A stretch of DNA of 63,924 bases, the filler included, from Atractiella rhizophila (taxonomy: Eukaryota), in the NCBI GenBank assembly GCA_021432655.1. It is 6 parts of 5 records of this genome, joined end to end, with 100 filler letters (N's around TTAATTAATTAA, not from the genome) between each part and the next. Parts side by side here need not be neighbours in the genome. Positions count along the whole stretch, not along the records: positions 22,879 to 37,211 come from MU271429.1; positions 37,312 to 59,037 come from MU271439.1; 4 more parts are not named here. One strand, written 5' to 3'. Under the pieces are notes generated by a model. That model was not told the origin of the DNA, did not search any database, and was given only the letters and a program-made list of their open reading frames with translations. Both the position numbers and the translations under genes were made by a program. Shown here piece by piece: positions 28,600 to 39,737 of this stretch (its first letter is position 1; each line of letters opens with the position of its first letter).

Positions 28600-29950
28600 T
28601 GTTTTGCGTTTATTGGCTTGTAGCCGTTGGGACTTTGAATTTGAATTCCTCCTATCACAAAATTCTGCATTATCTATTCTAACAAACTCTATCCAATTTC
28701 TCCAATTATGCTTCGAATTAGACCCTCTCACGTCATCTCCTCCAATTGTCCTTCTTGATGAAACCATCACCATCAAACCAGATCGCTATCAAACACCATC
28801 AACCACAGAATGCCACGGCCATGCGAACCTCTTCTACCTGGACAAACGCCTATTCCACATAGATCTTCTTGCCCTTGCATGTAATGCGCATGAGAAGGTT
28901 TATGATCAGTCAGGTGAATGTAATCTGTCTTGTAGTACTGGGTGTACCTCAAGACTTGAGGCATGATGTATTTAAGATGATTTGTCGTTGGGATGACCTG
29001 ATCCCAAAATCCGGCTTGCTGGTCGAGATTATTATTGTTAGGCGTCATCATAGTCAGCTCGTCCATATCTTTCTTCGCCAAGGATACATATTTCTATCTT
29101 AAAATGTCACTGTGTGCATCAAATGGCAAGAGATTCTTTCTTTGATTTCCCGTAGGGAGAAGTTTCGTTCTTCTTTTTCACTAGTGGTTTCGTTTCCTCC
29201 GACAATCCCCACCACACGACAAAGATGGTGAATTAGCACTATTAAATCACTTAAAACGTATCTTTTTGGATGTCAAGGAATAAGGCACCTGACCTGCCGT
29301 GGTTATCTTCTCCCGATGCCCCAGGTGCGGCCGTATCTTCTGAGTTCGCTGACAAAGTCGACGCCTCTGGAACAGCATTGCTGCTACATTGACTGTAGTA
29401 TATCACCAGGAATACTTCGCTGACTTTTGAAAAATAGTAAAACAGGCTACATCTCTGCCTGGTATCTTACGTTGCGTCGCTCCAACAGGTGCATCCAATG
29501 CAAACGGAATTGAGTTATTGTAGGAGGAGGTGTAACCTCAATACCGTGGGACTTCGGTTGGTTGGTGAATATTGGGAAGACCACACAAAGTTGCCTTCAG
29601 TTGTGGCGGTAGATGTGGTCGACATCTTCGATGAGTAGAGCAGCTTTGGATGGGGTATGGATGTCTTGCAAAGCAATCCGATATTTATAATGTTGCCGCA
29701 TGTCCTTCGGGCCTGTTGTCATTCTTCACGCTACCCTTGTCTCAGGCTGCCCTACTTGCACGTTGCCCTTGTTTCACGAACTTTTCGATTTCCCCCTTTA
29801 TTTTTCGGCTTCCTTTCACCTGAACTGCCTGTCCACAAGGCATGGTGTCTTTATCTCGACCACAAGCGCCTCCAACAAACTTTTCTCTTTCTTTCTCGTG
29901 GAGACCTTGTATCTTCTTTTCGAACAAGGTCGTGAACAACCTTTCTGTAT
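28600..29950 (-). pseudogene. Degenerate PD-(D/E)xK-like (restriction-endonuclease-fold) gene, copy A1
   Basis: Segments FVWSSQYSP, RVV..ERNFSLREIK, LKYIMPQVLRYTQYYKTDYIHLTDH and EEVRMAVAF are homologous to copy A2. Multiple frameshifts and stops. Confidence 0.5.
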
Positions 29951-30135
29951 TCTAGAAATGTCAGGTCTTCCATGTAGCTGGATAGCAACTAACACCTGCC
30001 TTCTTTGTTCCATAACAATAACAAGACTCGGAAGATAAGAACCAAAGCACTTTATGTTTGTAAATCACTGAACCACGAAACTTTCCATTACATAGTCTTC
30101 GGGCAACATCGACCGCAAGGTTAATCCGCTGACGG

Positions 30136-32295
30136 TTGCTACAGGATCAAAGGATGCAGAAGATGCGACTCGGAGCATTCCTTCGGCCTGATCCATTCGT
30201 CTTGCTTGAGCCGCTTTCTCTGCAACATGCACCGACCCTCATAGTTTCCGAAAAAATTAATTATCATCCCGGATGCTTGTGGGAGGAAGTTCAAAAGGAC
30301 AGCTTCAATATTCCATCTCGTTCAACTGGAAGACATTATTCTGTGACTTATAGACGACCTTTTAGCTGAACTTGAAGCCATGAAACGCTATAATTTTGTG
30401 GCATTCAGTGAGTACAGCTGCATTAAAGGGTTACTTGGGTAAGTCCTACAACAAACACACCATTCGTAGCGAGTTTTTACATTGATGTAGTGGGGATTCT
30501 CACCGCTTAAGCTGTTTCTTTGATGATCTTCAGCGCCTCCTATCCTTCATTCACCCGGCCAATTGTTTAGCGCCGATTCACATTCGTTATCAACCAGCCA
30601 GTGACAGTATGTTCGCCTCCTTGCCTTGCAATTTTAAACCAGAAGTGGTCCGTGTCTTACATCGCGATCATTGCATGTTAACCATCGTTCTTGTGGTAAG
30701 TTGTAACTTACCTCTGACTACAGATATTAGACATTTAATGCCACTCCTAGCCGCCTGGATCCCTTCGGGATGACGATTGGGTGGGATTTGAAACGACAGG
30801 ACTCGCTGAAGTGGACGACAAGGCGGTGATTCGAGGACAATACATGCGATTCCTTTCCCTTGTCATGGCGGAAGAACCTTTGGAATCAATTGCAGTCTTC
30901 TGCGACCTGCAGTCTTCCGCGACATTTCGGTTGGACTATGATATCGCCTACGCATTCCATTCGCGGGAGCCCTATCTTCCTTTCTTGACGATGCTTTATG
31001 AACATTTGAACAATGGCTGGCATAGCAGGCAGTATTTTCGTCGTACTGGACTGCCTCTTTTCCCGGACGTAGCTGTTTTAGGATGTCGAAGAGATCCCTC
31101 AGCTGGATTGCAAGTTGATTTAACAACCGTATCAAAATCTTCTGATTTTGACACATTTGATATTCAGACCGCTGACTACACTTTACGACAAGCCATTATA
31201 TTGTGGCATCAGGAGCGCTTGCAGAAAGGGATGTTGTGGCTGGAGAACTTACTAGTACCTGGAGCTAGCATGACCGTTGTGTCTGTTCTCGAACCAACGA
31301 ACCCCAGGTCCACTGAACCTCTGCTTATTCTCAGTACCTCTGATCCTCTTGTGCTTTTCCGACAGAATGTCATGCTTCACGCCATGTCGAAACAACGATC
31401 TTCTTTGCCGGTCCTTGCTCTCAAAACCGGCGAATCTATACAGCTTCTTCGTTCTCTCAGGTCCGGCCAACAACTGTGGGGACAGGTTTACGAAGTTACG
31501 ATCCCTGAAAGAGACCTCAACGGTACCCGTCTTGTCCTGAAGATTTATGAAGAACGTTTGTATCCCTTTCCAGCCTGGAATGGAGCGGGGGAGGAAGCTT
31601 GGAAACGCATTCGCCGTTGGCCAGACGCAAACGATTGCTTGACGCGGGAGCAATCTGCATATTCTTGGTTACACCTACTCCAAGGGTCAGCTATACCGAG
31701 GTCTTATGGTTTCTACGAGGTGAGCTTGGTGGGTCCCATCCTATCGATACTGAAGAGAGACTAGGTACGGCTGCCGGATGGAACGGTGGCACCAGCACAC
31801 CTGCTCGAGTTCGTAGAAGGTCCCCATATCGACGAAGTAGATCTGAAGTCACTTTCAGCTGAAGATCAACAGGCATTCGTCAGGATTTCCTCGTCTATAT
31901 CCTCCTCATTGGCTGATCTCTATTCAAAGTACATCAACGCGATGACGATGATTGGTGCCATGTTGCTTCTTGGTGTGAATCATACCGACATTGCCCAACG
32001 TCCAGACCAGATTATCTGCAATACCAATGGATCCGGAGTTACTAATCCCGTCCTGTTAGATTTTGATTTTGGAATGGCGAACTGTGTCATTTTCATGGAC
32101 GACAGCACTCTACTCTCAAAGGATACAGGATGAAACTTCGAACTGATCAAAACTCCAGATTCTATGCACATCGCGTGGACCTTAAACTAATATCTACCTT
32201 GTGATGTAACAGGACATCCGGAAGTGGTTTCAACTTATGCCTGGAAGTGGATGAAGACAGCAAAATTTGGACCTTTCGACGTGAAGTGGGAATGA
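30136..32295 (+). pseudogene. Protein-kinase-like (PKL) protein with large N-terminal domain, copy B1; the 5' part is frameshifted
   Basis: WGQVYEV, LVLKIY (Lys), REQSAY (alphaC Glu), IPRSYGFYEV, HLLEFVEG, HTDI..PDQII, LLDFDFG. Frameshift near 30350 relative to copy B2. Confidence 0.7.
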
Positions 32296-33949
32296 CGCTT
32301 CGTTTTAGGTAAAATGTCTGGTCATTACACTTAAACTACAAGTAGACAGTACCACAACACCATAGTGCATTTTGTTAGGCACCTTCCGTTGGTACAATGT
32401 CAATTTTCTATCCGCTCCCAGCACCGTTAGTCCCAATACTCCAATCGCGAACGAGGGTCTCAGAAGACTTTTGTCCGCATTCCAGTTTTCTTCTTCTCCT
32501 TTGCTCCCTCCACTGCTGGAGCTGCTCGTATTCGGTAAAGAAGGAACAAAGGTTTGCTGGGTTCGCAAGACTCCATTTCAGCCATAAATCGTGAAATGCT
32601 CTGGTTCCTCTCGAAATGCAACGGCGTCCTCATCCCAGCTCTCTCTGAGAGGCACAATCTCCTTGCGAAGATGTGCTTTACAAGGCTGAGGCTGGGGGAC
32701 GCTTCGATGGATAACTTGATGGAAAGGCGGGTGGAAAGAGATTGACGGTATCTGCGCACCCATGGAGGTACACCGATGGAGCTGAACAGGCTGTTACCTA
32801 TGGCCATGGACACGACCTTTGACGGCGCAGGAAAAGAGGCCGATTGTCATGGTCGCTCCTTTCTTCTTGTGCATTCCGAGGTGGAATAGACCCATGATGC
32901 GAAGGCGACAATGACCAAATTGTGCCATTCTTGCATCTCATCCTCTTCGGGCTTCGTTTGCGCATACTCACGCCGTTGTCTCCCTGTCTCCTTAACGGCC
33001 TCGTCAGAATCTAAGCACCAACGCTCTAAATGCAACTTCCTGTCTCCTCTCACCCGCTGATGGGACACTCATCCTTCAAGACTTTCTCAGACGTCATGGC
33101 CTCAGGCCCGTAAATTACATTGAAAACACGCCGGGAAATTGGGTAATCGAGTTTCCCTGACGGAGCAATAGAGGCAAAAGTGGATGTGAGGCAGTTAGTC
33201 ACAAACTGCTGGCTATAGAGAATGTACTCTGCTTCGGCCGTTGAACTTTTCAATCGCAATAAACCATTTTATATATGATCATCGCGGGTAGATCAAGCGG
33301 GCGATGGGCTCCGAGCCAGCTGAGCCGAGGCGAGTCTCTCAACAGACAAAACAGTGACGAACCGTAACCGTCCAAGCATGTCACAAAGTACATGATGAAG
33401 TTGGGCAGTAAGCATCAATGCATGTACGCATCTGAAGCACAAGTCAGGGAGAGGTAGAGCAGTACTCACGTCACGGCATCATCTGCTCTTGCAATCTTAC
33501 ATATGTACCGACTCCACTTTGGCTATCATGCACAATATCCTACCTAAGAACTTGACAGCTGAGTCAGCGGCTAAACTTGAAATGGTGAGGGAAGTGCCAA
33601 AATGTAGGACGTAAAGCTGGCGAAAGGTCAAACGCGAGGGCATGTGAGGAGGATTCACAATATCTTTTGGCTGGCCAAGTGGCGTATGATGACAAATGAC
33701 TTTGAGGTGTGGCGAGAAGCAACGGACGGAGAAAGAGTAAACTTCACTTCTCCAGGCCAGACCAGACCAGACGGGGGCTTCAGTAATTACTGATAGATAC
33801 TTCTTTCAAGGTGAGCCCTGAGCACTTCAATATCCGCTTTGTCTTTCGCTGCAATTCAGAAGGGAAAAATTCTTTTGAGTTCGGCTTGCGCGACATCATT
33901 TCTGCCTTCTTGTGGTCCTTTACAAGTTTATAAGCTCTTGAAACATTGT

Positions 33950-35560
33950 CTAAGATTTCACTTCACCCTATTCACTTCCTCCCATTACTCTTAATACCTG
34001 GCTTTCTCCAACTTTTCCTTCTTGACGAGGCCATTGTTGTCAAAGCCGATTGATTTCAAGCCCAATCAGCCACAGAATGCTACGGCCATTCGAACCTCTT
34101 CTACGCCAACAAACGCTCATTCTACGTAGATATCATCATCCTTATGTATGATACGCATGAGGAGATTTGATTTGTGGTCAGTCAGGTGGATGTAACGTGC
34201 CTTGTAGTACTTTGTATACCGGAAAACTTGAGGCATGATGTATTTGAGTTTGTTTGTCAATGGAATCATCTTATCCAAGATCGAATATGTACTTTGAGAT
34301 TCTCGCTAGGAGGCATCATCCGAGTTAGTTCGACAATGTCGCTCTGCGTAAACGCCCCATGTTTCTGTGTCAAACGGTCAGCAATTGCCCACAAAGTTAA
34401 CGAATTATCTTTCTTGATTTCCTGTAGCAAGAAGTTTCGTTCTTGTTTTTCCTGATTCTTTTCGTCGCCATCGAGAAGTTCTACGACGCGGAAGAGATAA
34501 TCCACTCGCACTGAAGCTGTCTTGTCAGAAATCTGCGAAATGGAAGCATGTGCGTACCTGAACTCGCGTGATTGTCTGCCCCAGATGCACCGAATGCAGC
34601 TGTAGCTTCTTTGTTCTTTTGCATCGTGGATACTTCTGAACCAGCTTTGCTCGCTGCATTGACTGCATTATCTTTGGCAATGCTCTGTCGGACTTCTGCT
34701 TAACAGTGGACCGTAAACCGTGTTACGTGCCTACTGTTTGATCTGTGACTCTATCTGTACGTGGCCATGGCGTTCAGAGAAACAGTAACAGGTGTGTTAC
34801 AGTCTTTTATGATCTGCCCGCTTCGTATTTTAAGAATGCTTGTCCTTGAAAAGTGAACATTCTTACGCAATGTCAGCTTCATTTCTCGCTTTATCGAAAC
34901 AGGGTGGGCAGTACACAGAGGTAACTGAGGTGGCGCTGGCTTCCCACAGCCGGGGCTGGAAAATTCCTTGACGTCTTCCTTAAACTTCGTATATGTTGAA
35001 TGTTCGCCCTGCTTATCCAGTGGCTCTTCCGTGAAATGCCGCCAGTTTACCTTCTTGAATTTAATTTGTTCACATTTTAGAACTTCTTTCGCCTCTCTTT
35101 TCGTCCCATAGGACGAGTAATACCCTGATGTCGAATCTTTGGGTCCTGGATGGCCAAAGATTGGAGTGAGTTTGGTCAAAAGCGTGTCGAGGATGGTCTG
35201 AGTAAGACTGTCTGGAGGAGGTCTAAAGTAAGTACCGTGCGACGGCAGCTGATCTTGTGGACAATACTCGGAAGACCATACAAATGGCATCTTGGTTGGC
35301 AGGGGTGTGTGGGATATGGTACGAATGTTTCATCAAGCAAACCCATTTTTATATGTTGCCCTCATCCCTTTCTGACATGCTGCCTTTCTCCATGCTGCCT
35401 TTCCATGCTCCTTATCTCGTTTTAATTTTGAGACACACGACACTTCTTTCGCCTTTGTCTATCTTGTTCTTGGGCTATGGCACGTCACAAGTCGCCATTG
35501 TCCCTACGATACGCCTTCTTCGCGCACAAGGAAGCTCTTCGCAGGATCTTTGTGCCTTAT
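33950..35560 (-). pseudogene. Degenerate PD-(D/E)xK-like gene, copy A2
   Basis: FVWSSEYCP, VRVDYLFRVV...NFLLQEIKK (D...ExK), LKYIMPQVFRYTKYYKARYIHLTDH (QxxxY). Frameshift ~34280, in-frame TGA ~34120. Confidence 0.55.
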
Positions 35561-35770
35561 TCTCACATACATTTATCGTCAAGCCTTGTTAACATTCTCG
35601 AATTCTATTCTTCAACGTTTAAGCCTCAACTCTGACCGATAGACTTGTTGCCAATCTGGCTTTATGTTCTCATCGATTAAGCGATTCAGACTTTCAAATT
35701 CGTAAACTTCATCCATCTGACTTCAAACCTAGGACAAGCTGAATACTAAACGGAGTTCTGGGATTGAAGA

Positions 35771-37211
35771 ATGCAGTATCTACGCCTTACAGCATTCCTC
35801 AAGGCCGACCCATCTGTGGGATTGTTGAAATTGCCCTCACTTCAGCTTAACACCGCAATTTCATTTTCAGAAAGCGAATATCACTGCGAATGTTTGTGGA
35901 AGAGAGTCAGAAAGGATGATTTCAATGTCCCTTCGCGACACAGGAAGATTTTTTAGCGTGACTTATATGGATGACCTNNNNNNNNNNNNNNNNNNNNNNN
36001 NNTTTAGCGTGACTTATATGGATGACCTCCGAGGCGAACTGGAAACGCTGCGTCACCACGCGTTTGCGCCGTTTAACAAGGACATCAAGGTCACAGGGTT
36101 GCTTGCGTAGGTTTGCCACTGGTGCGTTAATCGTAACGAGTTTGATTTGGATGTAGCAGCGATTCACACCACTTAAGATCTTTTATACAAGACCTCCAGG
36201 GACTTCTCCCATACCTTCACCCAGCGAGTTGTCTGGTACCTGTTCACATCCAATGTGAATCACATTGTGGCCGTACTCTTGATTTCATGCCCTGGAGTTT
36301 CGAAGCGGAAGTTGTACGCATTTTACATGGTGACCATTGCATGATGACGATTGTGGTTATTGTACGTTGTGATCTACCTGTGGCCGCAGAGGTGATTCAC
36401 CACCATCCTAGCCACCGGGATCCCTTTGTGAGAAGGATTGGTCGGGATTTGAAAAGGCAGAATATGATGCGATCACCAGCACAACTTCGATTTCAGGGAA
36501 ATACATGCGACTACTTTCACTTTTCATGAAAGAAGAGCCTTTGGAATCGATCGCTGTTTTCTGCGACCTGCAATCCTCCGTAACCTTCCGATTGGGTTAC
36601 TCCGTTTACTATGCTTTTCATTCGCAGGAGCCTTATCTTCCTTTCTTGACGATGCTTTATGAACAGTTTAACGATGACTTGCATAGCAGGCAGTATTTTC
36701 GTCGTACTGGACTGCCTCTTTTCCCAGACATAGCTGTTTTAGGATGTCGAAGAGATCCTTCAGCTATATTGCAAGTTGATTTAACAACCATATCAAAATC
36801 TTCTGATTTTGACACATTTGATGTTCAGACCGCTGACTACAGTTTACAACAAGCCATTATATTGTGGCATCAGGAGCGCTTGCAGGAAGGGACGTTATGG
36901 CTGGAGAACTTACAATTACCTGGAGCTAGCATGACCGTTGTGTCTGTTCTCGAGTCAACGAACCCCAGGTCCACTGAACCTCTGCTGATTCTCAGTACCT
37001 CTGATCCTCTTGTGCTTTTCCGACAGAATGTCATGCTTCATGCCATGTCGAAACAACGATCTTCCTTGCCGGACCTTGATCTCAAAACTGGGGAATCTAT
37101 ACAACTTCTTCGTTCGCTCAGGTCCGGCCAACAACTGTGGGGACAGGTTTACGAAGTTACGATCCCTGAAAGAGACCTCAACGGTACCCGTCTTGTCCTG
37201 AAGATTTATGA
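35771..37211 (+). pseudogene. Kinase-like gene copy B2, truncated by a contig linker
   Basis: ORF 36505-37211 is nearly identical to B1 (EEPLESIAVFCDLQSS..GTRLVLKIY). The 5' part is homologous but divergent and frameshifted near 35940. Confidence 0.7.
35952..36028. other. 25-N scaffold gap (35978-36002) with a 26-bp sequence duplicated on both sides (unmerged contig overlap)
   Basis: TTTAGCGTGACTTATATGGATGACCT at 35952-35977 and again at 36003-36028. Confidence 0.85.
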
Positions 37212-37311
37212 NNNNNNNNNNNNNNNNNNNNNNNNNNNNNNNNNNNNNNNNNNNNTTAATTAATTAANNNNNNNNNNNNNNNNNNNNNNNNNNNNNNNNN
37301 NNNNNNNNNNN
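37212..37311. other. Artificial contig linker
   Basis: N44-TTAATTAATTAA-N44. Confidence 0.97.
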
Positions 37312-38393
37312 ATGTTATTTGTAGGTGACAACCGACGTTGAGACTACACAGGAAACAGTGCCTGTCAGTTTTAAAGGCCGACCACACTACCGCGCGAGAG
37401 ATCAGCTCGACGACGAGGAACTTTCATACCCTGAAAAGCAGGCCAACATGGAGTCATGAGCCACGTAGCTGTTTGTTTGCATTAAGCATCTGTTATTTGT
37501 TCGCAAATTTGGGGCGTCGTATTTTTTCGAGTTGTATTTAAAAATCCAGTGAAGGATATCAATGTGTGACGACCTGCCGTCACCAGACGGAATAAGTAAT
37601 GGCAATCGTGATGAATAATAACTGGAGCAACCGTTACGCCACGGCGCAGTTGCATTGCCTTCGAAGACTTTAGCTTGTCATCTATGTCAACAAATGTGGA
37701 GAGATAGTAGGAAGACATTGAGAAATTTGGGATTCCTGGATTCCTGATGAAGAAATGTGTGGGATTCCTGATGCATTTCAAAGTTCTCCATCAACCAGCG
37801 TAATCTCAAGTTGACAGCTGACAATCACCGTTCTACTAGCAAATCTGTGTCCAAAAACCAAAATAATAGTACAACCTGAAGCCTGAGGCCTGAGGTCAGA
37901 TTTGATTAAGCGACGAACCAGTCCCTCCTCGCCTTAAAATCATACTGGATCGTGAATCTGGTGAAGCTCCGAGTCGTTTGTTGCTATCACGACGTTCAAA
38001 ATCTTATTACCAGTGCTTTCGACCATTTCAACTTGAAACTTGCAGGATTAATTGTCACTCCTCTTTTCTGCCAAGGGTAAGTCGCTTCTAGATGGTTCCA
38101 GACACTACTCAAACATCTTCAAGTCGATGACCCAGCCATATTACCGAGCGAAGTTCTTCTAACGCCCCCGCTCCTCAAACTCCACCCTCACTGAGTGGGC
38201 AGCTTAGGCAGCCGTTGCCTCTTCGATTCGGTTGCGGAGATGACCGGGTGGGATCCGGGAGAACTTCGACCTTTATTAAGGGGACGGCGAAGGGAAGGAG
38301 GTTCAAGGAGGCACTGCAAACAATCAGACTAGCTACTTTAACAGTATTCACGAATCAAAGGACGTCTAACCGTCACTCTCTATTCTGCATGCA

Positions 38394-38990
38394 ATGGCGC
38401 TGCGCACGCGTCTCACCACTCTATTAGGTACACTTTTGCTATTATCTCAATTCTGTGATCCAAAGGTAACTAAAGGGAGCTTAGAAATCAAAACGCCACT
38501 CGTCTCAGCTGCAATGTTGGGACCTTCGGGTGGGGAGCTTGCTGCTCAGGTATCCCTCGCTGGAGGTTTTGGATTCATGGCAGGTGACGCACCCTCCTCT
38601 TGAGTGGTTAAGCTACTAAAACCGTCTCAGTCCGTAACAAGCATCAATTGACATTGGAACTCACCATTGCTCGGTCGCACTTCCCGCCATCAAGCATACT
38701 GCCGATTGGAGTCGGAACCCTTGCTTGGATTCTCGAGCAGATGCCCTTGCAGGAAGCAGAGGAGCTCATTACGGAATGCGCCAAGGAATGCAAAGCCATC
38801 TGGTTAAGCAATGGCGCACAAATTGGGCGATGGATTGAAGTTGCCAGAAAAGCTAGGAAAGAGGTCCTGATTTTTGTCCAGATCAATTCTGTCCAAGAAG
38901 CTACCGAAGCTCTTGAGCAATGGAAGGTAGACGTGATTGTTGCGCAAGGTGTGATAATCCTAATTCTATTAGGATAGTCGCTTATTGAGA
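38394..38990 (+). CDS. Nitronate monooxygenase (2-nitropropane dioxygenase) family, 5' part only
   Basis: MALRTRLTTLL|EIKTPLVSAAMLGPSGGELAAQVSLAGGFGF, PIGVG, AIWLSNG, VQINSVQEA..A..WKVDVIVAQG. Ends at a 25-N gap (38991-39015). Confidence 0.85.
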
Positions 38991-39737
38991 NNNNNNNNNN
39001 NNNNNNNNNNNNNNNGACAAGGGGCATAGTCGAGGGTCCCAGCGAGGTATCTGAAAATCCGCTTAACCCGCGATCCAGTGTTGCTCCCCCGGATCCTCGC
39101 AATAACGTGCCACTTCGGAAACGGCAAAGGCGATGTCTGGGCGGGTGCATGTGGTGAGGTAGATCAACGCTCCTACAGCCTCGCGGTATGGGACTGATGC
39201 CATGTAAGTCCTTTCCTCAGCCGTTCGCGGTGACAAATCCGCTGACAACCTCCTGCTCGCGTCGCAAGGCATAGATACCGGGGAAACCTTGGTTCCGACG
39301 TATTTTTCGATCAGGCATCTCGCGTACCCTGCCTGGTGCATCCGTACGCATCCCTCAGTTCGTCACCTTCTATCTGTATCCCGAGGAACACCTTCGCCTC
39401 TCCCGTCTGGAGTTTGAAATAGGACGCCAACTGCGCAAAAATGTCCACTACAAGATCCTCGCTCGTAGACACCACCAGTCCATCGTCGACGTGGAGACAA
39501 AGGATGAGGAAGTCGGCATCCTTGCGAGGACGTATACGCCGTGGTCTGCTTCCGTACGCTTAAAACCCAATCCCGTGAGCACCTCCTGTATTTTCTTCCA
39601 CCATTGCCTTCCAGCCTGACAAAGACCATACAGAGCCTTCCCGCAGTCGATATACCTCGTTCGGTCTGTCCTTGTCGACGAAACCCTGTGGCTGTCGTAT
39701 GTACACTTCTTCCTCGAGTTCGCCGTTAAGGAACGCA

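Noticed and set aside
35952..36028. 26-bp direct repeat as a target-site duplication
   Set aside because: It flanks an N gap exactly, consistent with an unmerged contig overlap.
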